Origin: Thermoguttaceae bacterium | GTDB taxonomy: Bacteria > Planctomycetota > Planctomycetia > Pirellulales > Thermoguttaceae | DNA length: 64,000 nucleotides | Reading direction: 5' to 3' | Assembly: GCA_017405595.1 (NCBI GenBank) | Contig: JAFRAC010000005.1 | Location: forward strand, 46,131 to 110,130 | In this document: piece by piece, positions 36,937 through 46,644 of the stretch | How the letters are laid out: every line of letters begins with the position of its first letter | How positions within the stretch are numbered: the stretch's first letter is position 1 | Program-made: the position numbers and the translations under genes | Notes under the pieces: model-generated | Told to the model about the DNA's origin: nothing | Seen by the model: the letters and a program-made list of their open reading frames with translations, nothing else | The model's database searches: none

Positions 36937-37536
36937 TTAAACGCTCTTTCTGCTCTTTTCACGAACTGTTTTGGCCATCTCTTTGCCGGAACCCCACGCT
37001 TTTCCGGCAAGGGGACCGGTTTCGTAATAGGCGTGGCCGAACGGATCGAAGATGAGCGCGCGAAGCTTGCCGGGGTCGATCTTGCCGCCGGTCCCTAAAA
37101 CAGATTCTTCGGCCGAGACGTTTTTGATCGTTCCCACAATGGCGTACATGTGAGGCGTTTCGACAATTTCGGCCAGCTCGCATTCCATTGTTACGGGAAA
37201 CTCGGCGATGACAGGGGCGTTGACGAAACGGCTCTTTTCGGCATGAAGTCCGGAAAGGGCAAATTTCTCCGGGACGCTGTTCCCCGAAACGATCCCGAAA
37301 TAGTCGGCGGCCTCAATGTTCGGCAGATCCGCCAGACTGACAGAGAACGCTTTGGTTTTGCGGATCGCCTTGGTTGTCGCGTGGTCTTTGTCGATAAAGA
37401 GGGCAACGGCGTCCTCTTGACACTGGTTTCCCCAAGCGGCGTTCATAGCCTGGACGGTTCCGTTTTCATCGTAAGCGGCGACGATCAGAACCGGCATCGG
37501 AAACACCGCTGATAACACTCCCATCTCTTTTTTCAT
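36937..37536 (-). CDS. Flavin reductase-like FMN-binding protein
   Basis: PMPVLIVAAYDENGTVQAMNAAWG and the later VSGNSVPEKF..SGL resemble flavin-reductase-domain (split-barrel) proteins. 199 aa. Confidence 0.65.
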   Translation of the reverse strand: MKKEMGVLSAVFPMPVLIVAAYDENGTVQAMNAAWGNQCQEDAVALFIDKDHATTKAIRKTKAFSVSLADLPNIEAADYFGIVSGNSVPEKFALSGLHAEKSRFVNAPVIAEFPVTMECELAEIVETPHMYAIVGTIKNVSAEESVLGTGGKIDPGKLRALIFDPFGHAYYETGPLAGKAWGSGKEMAKTVREKSRKSV

Positions 37537-37606
37537 TGATCTTTCCTGTTTCTTTCCCTGCTGAAAGGGAGCGGTTTGCCGGGTCGCCCCGGTTTTGGAC
37601 CGGAGA

Positions 37607-38452
37607 CTACCCGACTTTGATGAAATCCCATGTGTAATCGCCGCTGGGCTGCACGGTCAGAAGGCGGATTCCGTAGGGACGCTTGTCGAAGTTGACCGAC
37701 GTTGTTTCGCCGTTCATGATGAGCATTCCTTCGAAAACGCGGACGATGGTCTCGTGCGTATGGCCCGCGAGCCAAAAACGCGCGCCGTTTTCAACGGCTT
37801 TGACGATGAGATTTTTGCGGAGCTCGTTTTCGTTGGTGATCGCGGCCCAGGAATCGTCCTCGTTCGGGTAGGCGATGTAGGGAGGAATATGGGAAAGGAT
37901 GATTGACGGGATCCCTTTTTCTTTTGCCTGGCCGAGTTCTTTGCTGAACCACTCGTCTTGGGCCGCCGTCTCTTCCGGTTCGGCACCGCGCCAGAGCTGG
38001 GTGTTGACACAGATCAGCTTCCACCCGTTGATCAGGGCGCTTTGACGGTCGGGACCGTAGTCGTTCCGAAAGCGGGTGAGTTTTTCGGGAGTTACCGGTT
38101 CGGGGATGTCGTGGTTGCCGGGCGCGACAATCAGCTGCGGCTTGATCCGTTTCAGGCCGTTAATCATTTCATCGGCAGGGTCTTCGTAGCGGTGGACAAG
38201 GTCGCCGAGAACGGTAACGACATCGGGGTTCAGGTCGTTGATCAGATCGATCGCCTTGTGGAAACGGGTCAGACTTTCGCCGAAACCCTCTTCGCCAAAC
38301 CCGAGCTGGGGATCGCAATATTGGGCCAGACGGAGCGGCTTGAGCTCCAGCGCCGGAGAGGCGGGAGTTTCACTTGCCGTGAGGGCCGAAAGGCCTGCGG
38401 GGGCCAGAGCAGACAGACTGAGAGTTTTCACAAATGATCGGCGGGTCAGCAT
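37607..38452 (-). CDS. Tat-exported calcineurin-like metallophosphoesterase
   Basis: Leader MLTRRSFVKTLSLSALAPAGLSALTA. Metallophosphoesterase motifs GDLVHR, GNHD and GHTH are in canonical order. Confidence 0.8.
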   Translation of the reverse strand: MLTRRSFVKTLSLSALAPAGLSALTASETPASPALELKPLRLAQYCDPQLGFGEEGFGESLTRFHKAIDLINDLNPDVVTVLGDLVHRYEDPADEMINGLKRIKPQLIVAPGNHDIPEPVTPEKLTRFRNDYGPDRQSALINGWKLICVNTQLWRGAEPEETAAQDEWFSKELGQAKEKGIPSIILSHIPPYIAYPNEDDSWAAITNENELRKNLIVKAVENGARFWLAGHTHETIVRVFEGMLIMNGETTSVNFDKRPYGIRLLTVQPSGDYTWDFIKVG

Positions 38453-38471
38453 TGGTTTCCTCCGTTGGGGA

Positions 38472-38529
38472 ATAAATGATTTCTGCGGTTTTTAGGGGTG
38501 TTGCCGCTGGCAGAAAGTCTATCATTTAT
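38472..38529. promoter_or_regulatory. AT-rich imperfect palindrome in a divergent promoter region (operator candidate)
   Basis: ATAAATGAT-TTCTGC (38472-38486) is mirrored by GCAGAA-agtct-ATCATTTAT (38510-38529). It sits about 20 nt upstream of the phosphoesterase start and about 150 nt upstream of the UbiA gene. Confidence 0.35.
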
Positions 38530-38680
38530 CGGTACGGCCGTCAATGGTTTTGGACTGTCGGGACAGGGAGACGGGGTTTTGTCGGCTTGCTTTATTCTGT
38601 TCCTGTTTTAAAATAGGGGAGGGGGATTGCGCTCCTTTCCCGCTCGGCAGCTATGGGAGGGCGCCAAAGGGGGAGTATTC

Positions 38681-39709
38681 ATGATTGCGGTGGTTTTTAT
38701 GTTCAAGCGGGTTCATTTCTGGATGCTCAACGCGCGGTGGCACAGTACGATGCAGTCGGTACTTCCCGCACTCCTGGCATTGGTGTTGACGTGGGGGGGA
38801 GAAGATTTTCATCCCGGGTTCGGGCTTTTGGCGGTGTTCGGCGTCTTCCTGGGGCATCTCGCGGCGAATTTGCTCGACGATTACTTCGACTTCTACTGCC
38901 AGTCGCCGGAGGCGCGCGAGAAACTCCTGAACGAGGGACAGTTGGCACGGGGAATGAAATGCGCTTACCTGACCGGGGGGCAAACGACACCGGCGCGTCT
39001 TTTTGGGGTTGCCGCGTTTTTATGCCTGGCGCTTCTCTTGATCGGCGCTTACCTTGTTTGGCAACGGGGGTGGCCGATCGCCCTCTGCGCCGGGGTCGGG
39101 GCGGTTCTTCTTTTCTTTTATTCGGCTCCGCCGTTTCGGTTCAGCTTTCACGGACTCGGCGAAATTGTTGTCGGCGTCATTTTCGGGCCGATTGTGATGT
39201 GCGGCGTGGCGTGGTCCGCGGCCGGATCGCTCCCCTCGGAAGTCTGGATTCTCTCGATTCCCGTCGGCCTGCTTGTCATGGATATCCTCTATGTCCATTC
39301 GATCCTTGACATGAATCCGGATCGGCAGATTCATAAGAACACCCTTGCGATTCTCTGCGGTTCACCCCAAAAGGGACTTGTTCCTCTGGCGGTGATTCTC
39401 TTGGGCGTCTATGTTTCGACGATCGCCGCGATTCTCCTGGGAAAGATTTCCCCGCTTTTCGCAGTCGTCTTTCTGAGTTTGCCGCTTGCCGTTGCACTCT
39501 GGCGTTCGATGACTGCCTATGCCTTCCATCCGGAGAAGAAAGTCGTCCGCCGCCGCTGGATGGGACCCATGGAATACTGGGACATCTTCGTCGAGAAGGG
39601 ACTCGACTGGTTCCTGTTTCGCTGGTTTCTTTCCCGCAATCTCGAAACCGCGTTCTGCCTTTTGGCCATTGCCGCAGCGGTCTGTTTCAAGACGGGGCTC
39701 TGCCGATGA
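38681..39709 (+). CDS. UbiA-superfamily prenyltransferase, MenA-like
   Basis: Multi-pass membrane protein. First Asp-rich motif is AANLLDDYFDF (N-x3-D-D-x2-D); the second is ILDMNPDRQIHKNTLAI. RBS AAGGGGGAG precedes ATG 38681; the track ORF starts at 38627. Confidence 0.8.
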   Translation: MIAVVFMFKRVHFWMLNARWHSTMQSVLPALLALVLTWGGEDFHPGFGLLAVFGVFLGHLAANLLDDYFDFYCQSPEAREKLLNEGQLARGMKCAYLTGGQTTPARLFGVAAFLCLALLLIGAYLVWQRGWPIALCAGVGAVLLFFYSAPPFRFSFHGLGEIVVGVIFGPIVMCGVAWSAAGSLPSEVWILSIPVGLLVMDILYVHSILDMNPDRQIHKNTLAILCGSPQKGLVPLAVILLGVYVSTIAAILLGKISPLFAVVFLSLPLAVALWRSMTAYAFHPEKKVVRRRWMGPMEYWDIFVEKGLDWFLFRWFLSRNLETAFCLLAIAAAVCFKTGLCR

Positions 39710-40656
39710 CCGGTGGCGAAAACGAAAAAATTTCAGAGGATTCCATGTTCAAAAAGACAGCTCAGCGCCTTTATTTTCTCCGGTGGTATGCCGCAGCGCG
39801 TTTTTTCGGAAAGCGCCGCCCCCTTCAGTCGGTGGTTGCCATCGGAAACGCGTGTAATTTGCGGTGCAAACATTGCGCGGTCTATCCCCGCAAGCCGGAA
39901 GAGACTCTCAAAAAAGACTATGAAACGGTTCGCCGCGAACTGGAAACCTGCTACAAAATGGGGTCGCGCTTTGTCGATTTTGAAGGGGGAGAACCTTTTC
40001 TCTGGCGCGACGGCGAACGGACGGTCAACGATCTGTTCGACCTGGCCAGGGAAATCGGCTTCTATTCCACCACGGTAACGACCAACGCGCAGATTCCGTT
40101 CGAGCCGTGCCGAAGCGACCTGGTTTGGGTCAGTCTCGACGGCGTCGGCAAGTACCACGACCTGATCCGCGGTCCCGGCGCGTTTGACCGCATGGAAAAA
40201 AACGTCGCGCTTTCATCACACCCCTGCCTGAACGCAAACATGGTGATCAACAGATACAACTGGCAGGCGGTCGAAGAGACGGTTCAGTACATTGCCGATC
40301 ACCCGAAATTCCGCCTTCTTGCCGTCAGTTTCCACACTCCGTTCCCCGGGACCGAAGAGATGAAACTCGACTGGGAAACGCGCTGCAAGGTCATTGATCT
40401 TCTGGCGGGGCTTCACAAGAAAGGCGCACCGCTGATGAACTCCCGTTCAGGGCTCCTCCGGCTGAAAGACATGAGTTTTAAGAAGCAGTGCTGGATTTCG
40501 AACTTCACTTTCCCCGACGGCACGTTCGAACCGAATTGCGGCGGCGAGCGGCTCGGCATTTGTGAAGAGTGCGGATTCGGCATGGCCGCCGAGATGATCG
40601 GCCTCTGGAACCTGAACTGGGAAACGATCCGTGCCGGGATGAAGGTTCGGATGTAA
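39706..40656 (+). CDS. Radical SAM enzyme with C-terminal auxiliary Cys cluster (SPASM/twitch-like)
   Basis: CNLRCKHC (CxxxCxxC) near the N-terminus, GGEPFL glycine-rich SAM motif, and a C-terminal C-x15-C-x7-C-x2-C cluster. The ATG overlaps the prenyltransferase stop as ATGA (39706-39709). Confidence 0.85.
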   Translation: MTGGENEKISEDSMFKKTAQRLYFLRWYAAARFFGKRRPLQSVVAIGNACNLRCKHCAVYPRKPEETLKKDYETVRRELETCYKMGSRFVDFEGGEPFLWRDGERTVNDLFDLAREIGFYSTTVTTNAQIPFEPCRSDLVWVSLDGVGKYHDLIRGPGAFDRMEKNVALSSHPCLNANMVINRYNWQAVEETVQYIADHPKFRLLAVSFHTPFPGTEEMKLDWETRCKVIDLLAGLHKKGAPLMNSRSGLLRLKDMSFKKQCWISNFTFPDGTFEPNCGGERLGICEECGFGMAAEMIGLWNLNWETIRAGMKVRM

Positions 40657-40686
40657 AACAAGAGCAAGTTGGAAATATTCGCCGTG

Positions 40687-41874
40687 ATGAAAAGATCTTC
40701 CTTTATCGTTCTTTCCCCGAAAAACCGCAACGGCTTTACCCTGGTCGAGTTGCTGGTGGTCATCGCGATCATCGGGATCCTGATCGGGCTTTTGCTTCCG
40801 GCGGTCCAGGCCGCGCGCGAAGCGGCGCGCCGCATGAAATGCCAGAACAGCTTCAAGCAGGTTGGGATCGCCCTGCACGCCTATCACGATGCCTACGACT
40901 CGCTTCCCGCTTCGGGGATGAGTACCTTTTTCGGCGCCGAGGCGTACGGCGCCGGACTTTTCAGCGGGCGTGTGACTCTTCTCCCCTTTATGGAACAGTC
41001 GGGCCGCTATGACGATCTTGTCAAGGATCTGCTCGATAAACGGCTCGACGGGTTCACTTCCGCCACGTACAGCGATACCGGCGAGCCGGTTCTCTGGAAC
41101 AACGGTACGATTGACTATATGACCTGTCCTTCCGACCCGGAATCGCGCCAGACTCTTTCCGGTTCCGATTACTGCTCGCGGATTTCGGTCAGTCTTTGTG
41201 TTGGAGACGCGCTCATTCCAGACAAAGTGCCCGATTCCTTTCCCATTTCCGCCAAGGATCCCGTTACGTTCAAAAAGACCAATTCCCGCGGTCTGTTCCG
41301 ACCGAACGTCTGGAAGAATCTCGCCTCCTGTTCCGACGGCACCAGCAACACAATGGCCGCGACCGAAACGTGCATCGGCGGGTTTTCCGAAGAGCGGGTC
41401 CGCGGCGGGGTCAACCAGATCGAAGAGGTGGTTCGGGACGGCAAGGTCATTCCGTCGGTCTGTCTTGAGAAAGGTTACAATCCCAACGACCGGACAAGAA
41501 TTGGCAGTCCGATTTCGGACCCTGTCATGAAGATGGTTGTTCAGCGGAACAATTTTTTCGTCGACGGGCTTTGCATGACGTCGGTCTACACGGCCACGAA
41601 CGCACCGAACACGCCTATCTGCGTCTTCACCACGACGATGACGGACGACATGCTCAAGCCCGGCTCCGGCTTCCTCGGCGCTCTGACCGGCGGCGCGTCG
41701 AGCTGGCACTCCGGCGGGGTCAATGTCCTCTACGCCGACGGATCGGTACACTTCGTTACCGACAATGTCAACTACGGCGACCTTTCCAAAGAAGAGCCGA
41801 CGAGCGGATCGAGTCCCTACGGGGTTTGGGGCGCATTGGGAACCCCTTCCGCCGGAGAGAGCGCATCGCTGTGA
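40687..41874 (+). CDS. DUF1559 / H-X9-DG protein with prepilin-type N-terminal cleavage/methylation domain
   Basis: [53 protein letters not shown] is the canonical N-terminus. The C-terminal [18 protein letters not shown] is the H-X9-DG motif. Confidence 0.92.
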   Translation: MKRSSFIVLSPKNRNGFTLVELLVVIAIIGILIGLLLPAVQAAREAARRMKCQNSFKQVGIALHAYHDAYDSLPASGMSTFFGAEAYGAGLFSGRVTLLPFMEQSGRYDDLVKDLLDKRLDGFTSATYSDTGEPVLWNNGTIDYMTCPSDPESRQTLSGSDYCSRISVSLCVGDALIPDKVPDSFPISAKDPVTFKKTNSRGLFRPNVWKNLASCSDGTSNTMAATETCIGGFSEERVRGGVNQIEEVVRDGKVIPSVCLEKGYNPNDRTRIGSPISDPVMKMVVQRNNFFVDGLCMTSVYTATNAPNTPICVFTTTMTDDMLKPGSGFLGALTGGASSWHSGGVNVLYADGSVHFVTDNVNYGDLSKEEPTSGSSPYGVWGALGTPSAGESASL

Positions 41875-41933
41875 TATCAGGGACGGGGAATGGGTCCCCG
41901 CGTGATCGAAAACATTCCGCGAAAAGAGATTCT

Positions 41934-43085
41934 ATGGCACGTAAGCGTTGTATTCGAATCGGAACCATTGTGATAGGCTGCGGCAATCCGATCGCGCTGC
42001 AGTCGATGGCCGCATCGAAAACGACTGACATTGACGCGACGGTCGAGACGGTGAACCGGCTCGAGGCCGCAGGTGCGACGATTGTCCGTGTTGCCGTTGA
42101 TACCGGCCGCGATGCCGAGGCGCTCGCCGAAATTCGGCGTCAGACCCACGTGAACCTTTCGGTCGATCTGCAGGAGAATTACCGGCTTGCCGAAAAGGTC
42201 GCTCCGTTTGTGGATAAGATCCGCTACAATCCCGGACATCTTCACCATGTGAATCCGAACCTTTCCTGGAAAGAGAAGGTGCGCTGGCTGGCCCAGGTTG
42301 CCAGTGACAACGATCTGGCCATTCGAGTGGGAATCAACTGCGGGAGTATTGATCCCGTTCATTTGGAGGCGTATAAAACGGCGCGTCTTTCCGGCGGGAA
42401 GAATCTTCCCGATCCGTTTGCTCCGATTTTGAACTCGGCGATCGAACATACCGCGTGGCTTGACGAAATCGGGTTTGCCCGCTATTGCGTTTCACTCAAG
42501 GACTCGGATCCGGAAACCGTTATTTTGGTCAACCGCCGGTTCGCCGAGCTTCGGCCCGATGTGCCGCTCCATTTGGGCGTTACCGAAGCCGGTCTGCCCC
42601 AATACGGGATTCCCAAGTCGAGCTACGCTCTCGAGAACCTCCTTTCCGAGGGAATCGGCGATACACTCCGTGTTTCGCTCACGGTTCCGAACAGTGAAAA
42701 GGAAAAGGAGATTTTTGCGGGAAAAAAAATTCTGATGAATGTGGCGACGGGAAAAATCACGAGATCTTATCCCTCTTGCCTGCCGAAACTCGATATCGTC
42801 AGCTGTCCGAGCTGCGCGCGGGTGCAAAACGAGGCGTTTGTTGCGCTGGCCAAAAAGGTGCAGGAAGCTACGGCGTTTGCCGCCGATGTTCCCCTCAAGA
42901 TCGCGGTCATGGGGTGCCGGGTGAACGGACCGGGCGAAACCGATGACGCCGATTTTGGCCTCTGGTGCGGTGCGGACAAAGTTAATTTTAAGGAGGGAGA
43001 GAAGCTGGTCGGCTCTTATTCTTACGAAGAGATTGTGCCGGCGCTGGTTGCCAGGTTAAAAGAACGGCTTGTCCGCAAAGGATGA
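41934..43085 (+). CDS. ispG: 4-hydroxy-3-methylbut-2-en-1-yl diphosphate synthase (flavodoxin), MEP pathway
   Basis: [23 protein letters not shown] and GCRVNGPGE motifs. Start at [10 protein letters not shown] (ATG 41934); the track ORF start at 41571 lies inside the previous gene. Confidence 0.92.
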   Translation: MARKRCIRIGTIVIGCGNPIALQSMAASKTTDIDATVETVNRLEAAGATIVRVAVDTGRDAEALAEIRRQTHVNLSVDLQENYRLAEKVAPFVDKIRYNPGHLHHVNPNLSWKEKVRWLAQVASDNDLAIRVGINCGSIDPVHLEAYKTARLSGGKNLPDPFAPILNSAIEHTAWLDEIGFARYCVSLKDSDPETVILVNRRFAELRPDVPLHLGVTEAGLPQYGIPKSSYALENLLSEGIGDTLRVSLTVPNSEKEKEIFAGKKILMNVATGKITRSYPSCLPKLDIVSCPSCARVQNEAFVALAKKVQEATAFAADVPLKIAVMGCRVNGPGETDDADFGLWCGADKVNFKEGEKLVGSYSYEEIVPALVARLKERLVRKG

Positions 43086-43090
43086 AAAAC

Positions 43091-43110
43091 AACGCGGATC
43101 GCGTTCCTTT
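43091..43110 (+). terminator. Weak terminator-like hairpin after ispG
   Basis: AACGCG-GAT-CGCGTT followed by CCTTT. The stem is short and the T-tract poor. Confidence 0.3.
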
Positions 43111-43146
43111 GCGGCGGAATCCCTGCCGGGCGGGGAATCGCCCCTT

Positions 43147-43175
43147 TTGACATGGGATCGCCGGCAGGGTATGAT
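43147..43175 (+). promoter_or_regulatory. Sigma-70-like promoter candidate for the nucleoside hydrolase gene
   Basis: Consensus TTGACA (43147-43152), a 17-nt spacer, then TATGAT (43170-43175), 40 nt upstream of ATG 43216. Confidence 0.45.
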
Positions 43176-43215
43176 CGGCTCACGTTTCCTTAACCTTCAT
43201 TGAGGGAGTCTTTCG

Positions 43216-44220
43216 ATGAAAAAACGATTATGGGCAGTTCTTTCCGCCGTCTGCCTTCTCTTTTTCTCCGGCGCGGCGCTCCGGGCTTCGGATTATCCGA
43301 AACGGGTCATTTTTGATACCGATATCGGGAGCGATGTCGATGACGGGCTGGCGCTTTCGCTGATCCACGCGCTGATGAGCCGGGGCGAGGTTGAACTGCT
43401 CGCGGTGACCTCGACGAATGGAAGTCCTCTTGTGCCCCGCTACACGCGTATGCTCAACGCCTATTTCGGCCGGCCCGAGATTCCGATCGGAATGCCGCGT
43501 CAGCCGGCTCAGGTGATGGACGGGAACTTTATGCGGTTGACGGCGGACGAACTTGAGGTCCTTTCGGTTCCTGACCCTTCCGTACCGATCCCCGCTGAAG
43601 ACGCGGTTCCGCTTTTGCGGCGTGTGCTGGCCTCCTCGCCCGATAAATCGGTTTCGATTCTGATGACCGGATTTGCGACGAATTTAGCCCGTCTCCTTGA
43701 TTCTTCCGCCGATGAGGTCTCTCCGCTTACGGGCAAAGAGCTGATCGCGCAGAAGACCGATCTGCTTGTCGTGATGGCGGGAGCCTTTCATGACCGTCCC
43801 GCCGAGTATGTTGAGAACAATATCCGGTTCGATATTGAAGCCGCGCGGAGAGTTGCCCAAGATTGGCCGGTTCCTGTTATTTGGGAGGGACACGAAATCG
43901 GAACGCGGCTCCTCTTTTCCCAGGAACAGCTCCGCCGGATTTTTGTGATGTCCGCCGATATGCCCGCCTATATTTCCTGCTGCCATTACGGGTTTCCTCA
44001 AATGGCGCTCTGGGATTTGGTCGTGCCGTTCTATCTGATTTTTCCCGACTATTTCCGGCTGAGCGAACCGGGCCGCGTGATCATCCGCAAGGACGGAACC
44101 TGCAGCTTCCGGGCCGAAGAGAACGGCCGCGACCGTTGCATTCTGCCGGTCACCGATGAGGAATCGGCCCGGATTTTGGAAGCGTTCGGCTGGCTGATTT
44201 CTTTGCCGCCCAAACGGTAA
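43216..44220 (+). CDS. Secreted inosine/uridine-preferring nucleoside hydrolase family protein
   Basis: Signal peptide MKKRLWAVLSAVCLLFFSGAALRA. N-terminal FDTDIGSDVDDGLAL is the DxDxxxDD nucleoside-hydrolase signature. Confidence 0.8.
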   Translation: MKKRLWAVLSAVCLLFFSGAALRASDYPKRVIFDTDIGSDVDDGLALSLIHALMSRGEVELLAVTSTNGSPLVPRYTRMLNAYFGRPEIPIGMPRQPAQVMDGNFMRLTADELEVLSVPDPSVPIPAEDAVPLLRRVLASSPDKSVSILMTGFATNLARLLDSSADEVSPLTGKELIAQKTDLLVVMAGAFHDRPAEYVENNIRFDIEAARRVAQDWPVPVIWEGHEIGTRLLFSQEQLRRIFVMSADMPAYISCCHYGFPQMALWDLVVPFYLIFPDYFRLSEPGRVIIRKDGTCSFRAEENGRDRCILPVTDEESARILEAFGWLISLPPKR

Positions 44221-44258
44221 AACAACGGGGGTAATCCTGTCGATTCTGAAAGGTTTGT

Positions 44259-46238
44259 ATGAAAAGGTTCCTGCTTGGTTTTGCTATCGTGTTCTGCACG
44301 GTTTCGGCTGTTTGCGGACAGGTTTCACAGCGTGACCGCGAAGCGGTCGAGGGCCGCGCGGCGGAACTCGCGCCCCTTTTGCCTGCCGAACCGGTGATGC
44401 TGATTCCTTCGATCGCCGACCGTGAAAAGTGGGACGCTTTTGCCGAGGTGTACGGCTTTTCGCACATCACCAGCAGTGCGGAACGGTACCTGGAAAAACC
44501 GCTGGAGGAACTGCCGGAAGAACTTTACAAGGAGTATTACAGTACCGGAATTCGGACGAATTATGAAAACGCCTGGAGCGGCTGGCGGAACCGGTGCATG
44601 TCGCTGGCGAGAGCCGAACTTGTCGAAAACAAGGGGCGGTTTCTTCCGGCTCTTGAAGATCTCCTGAGAAAAATCTGCGCCCATCCGAGCTGGTCGCTGC
44701 CGGCGCACGATTACGGCGGAGCGATCTACGACGGAAAAGCGTTTGCCGCCGACATTATCGCGACCGAACTGGCGGGAAACATGGGGCTGATTCTGCGGGC
44801 GATGAAACCGGTCCTTTCGCCCGATGTGGCGCAGCTTGTGGAGGAAAATATCCGGCGCCGTGTTCTTGAACCGCTGCGTGCCGAGGTCGAGGGGGCTGGC
44901 AATCCGATGATGTCCTGGGTTGTGATCACCAACAACTGGAACACCGTCTGCTTCTGCGGGGCCACCGCCGCCGCGCTTTCGGTCTGCTCTTCGGCCGAGG
45001 AACGCGCCTGGTACCTCGCGGCCGCGGAACATTTCGTTTCAACCTATTTCTTCAGCGGGTTTACCGATGACGGCTACTGCAGCGAGGGAATCGGCTATTG
45101 GAACTACGGATTCGGCCATTTCGCGATTCTTGCCGAAATCGCCTGGAGCGCCTCAAAGGCCGTAAATCTCTACACATGCCCCAAAGCACGGGCTGTCGCG
45201 GAATTTGCCCTCAAAATGGAAGTGACGCCCGGTCACTATGCCGCGTTTGCCGACTGTCCAATGAGCGCCGACCCCTCCGATTCGCTTCTCGCCCTCCTGA
45301 GCCGCCGGCTCGGACTCGGCCTTACCGAGATTGAAGAGAAGTACGGTTATCCGAACTGCAAGGCCGGAACGCAGATCCTTGCGGCATCCTATTTCTTCCC
45401 AGCCCTGGAGGAGGGGGGGACCTTAAAACCCCTCGTTTCCGCAGAGAGCGGGGAGGCGAAAAATTTCATTGACGAACCGGTCAGCCGGTTTCCGGACGCG
45501 GGCATTGTGATCTGCCGTCCGCCGAAGGGGGACGATTCCCAGATCGCCGCTGTCTTCAAAGGGGGGAATAACGCCGAAAACCACAATCATAACGATCTGG
45601 GGACGTTCTGCATTTTGCGCGGCGGTGTCTGGCTTGTCTGTGATCCGGGCGGGGAAACCTACACGAAACGGACTTTTTCGGAACGCCGCTATGAGGGGGA
45701 GCTTCTCAATTCGTTCGGACACCCTGTTCCCCGGATCAACGGTCATCTCCAAAAGACCGGCGGGGAGGCTGTCGCCGAAGCTGTCGATTTCAGCTCGTCC
45801 GACAGCGGAACATCGTATACCCTCGATCTTACAAGCGCGTATGCCGATTCGGGCGCCGAGAAGGTTCTTCGCCGGTACGATTACTCGCCTGCGGGAGCCG
45901 GCGGAACAGCCCGTGTTGAAGTTACGGATACGGTTAAGTTCACCTCCGAAGCGCCGCGTCAGGCCGATTTCCCCCTCATCACTTTCGAGGACTGGCGGCC
46001 GCTCGGTGAAAACTCAATCGTCGTTACACCTCATTCCGAGGACGGTGAACCGGCCGGACCGGGGATTACGGTCACAGTGACCGCGGCCGACGAAAACAAC
46101 CGCCCCGTTCCGGGCAAGTTCGTCGAGAGTATCGTTGGCGAAAACGACCCGCTCACAACAAGTCACCCCAAACGGATCGCCTGGCAGACGGAACTGACCG
46201 AAGGTGAAACACTGACCGTTTCAACCGTCATCGAATAA
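44259..46238 (+). CDS. Secreted heparinase II/III-like (polysaccharide lyase-like) protein
   Basis: Signal peptide, an N-terminal alpha/alpha-toroid-like region, and the NHNHNDLGTF motif characteristic of the Hepar_II_III domain. Confidence 0.7.
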   Translation: MKRFLLGFAIVFCTVSAVCGQVSQRDREAVEGRAAELAPLLPAEPVMLIPSIADREKWDAFAEVYGFSHITSSAERYLEKPLEELPEELYKEYYSTGIRTNYENAWSGWRNRCMSLARAELVENKGRFLPALEDLLRKICAHPSWSLPAHDYGGAIYDGKAFAADIIATELAGNMGLILRAMKPVLSPDVAQLVEENIRRRVLEPLRAEVEGAGNPMMSWVVITNNWNTVCFCGATAAALSVCSSAEERAWYLAAAEHFVSTYFFSGFTDDGYCSEGIGYWNYGFGHFAILAEIAWSASKAVNLYTCPKARAVAEFALKMEVTPGHYAAFADCPMSADPSDSLLALLSRRLGLGLTEIEEKYGYPNCKAGTQILAASYFFPALEEGGTLKPLVSAESGEAKNFIDEPVSRFPDAGIVICRPPKGDDSQIAAVFKGGNNAENHNHNDLGTFCILRGGVWLVCDPGGETYTKRTFSERRYEGELLNSFGHPVPRINGHLQKTGGEAVAEAVDFSSSDSGTSYTLDLTSAYADSGAEKVLRRYDYSPAGAGGTARVEVTDTVKFTSEAPRQADFPLITFEDWRPLGENSIVVTPHSEDGEPAGPGITVTVTAADENNRPVPGKFVESIVGENDPLTTSHPKRIAWQTELTEGETLTVSTVIE

Positions 46239-46329
46239 CGAGATCCTTTCCTTCACCTTTTCCGGAAAGAAAAGAATGAGGGAAAGTGCGTCAAAATCAT
46301 TTCCCCTCGTTTCGATGCCGAAACGGAAC

Positions 46330-46644
46330 TCAATCTTCGCCGCTGAAGAAGAACATCTGTTCCAGCCGTTCGGGAATGTCATTCGGACCCAGGTAGATCA
46401 GGTGGCGCATTGAGTCTTCCCACTTCTTTTTGACCTCGCTCTTGTCGAGGATTTCGCGTCCCTTTTCGGGATCGTCCATTTCGTAGACTGCGAACAGATC
46501 GTCTCCGGAAAGCCAGATCGAGTAGTTTCGGTACCCGGCTTCTTTCAGGAGTGCTTTCATTTCGGGCCAGATCTCGTTGTGACGGCGAAGGTACTCTTCC
46601 TTCAAGGCGGGATCGTTCAGTTTCCAGCGTTCTGCGATGCGCAT
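46330..46644 (-). CDS. rhaM: L-rhamnose mutarotase
   Basis: 104 aa. EEYLRRHNEIWPEMKALLKEAGYRNYSIW aligns with E. coli RhaM ([29 protein letters not shown]). Confidence 0.88.
   Translation of the reverse strand: MRIAERWKLNDPALKEEYLRRHNEIWPEMKALLKEAGYRNYSIWLSGDDLFAVYEMDDPEKGREILDKSEVKKKWEDSMRHLIYLGPNDIPERLEQMFFFSGED

Noticed and set aside
41571-41933. 5' extension of the ispG ORF overlapping the DUF1559 gene
   Set aside because: It is an out-of-frame read-through of the preceding gene's 3' end. IspG homology starts at [10 protein letters not shown] (41934).
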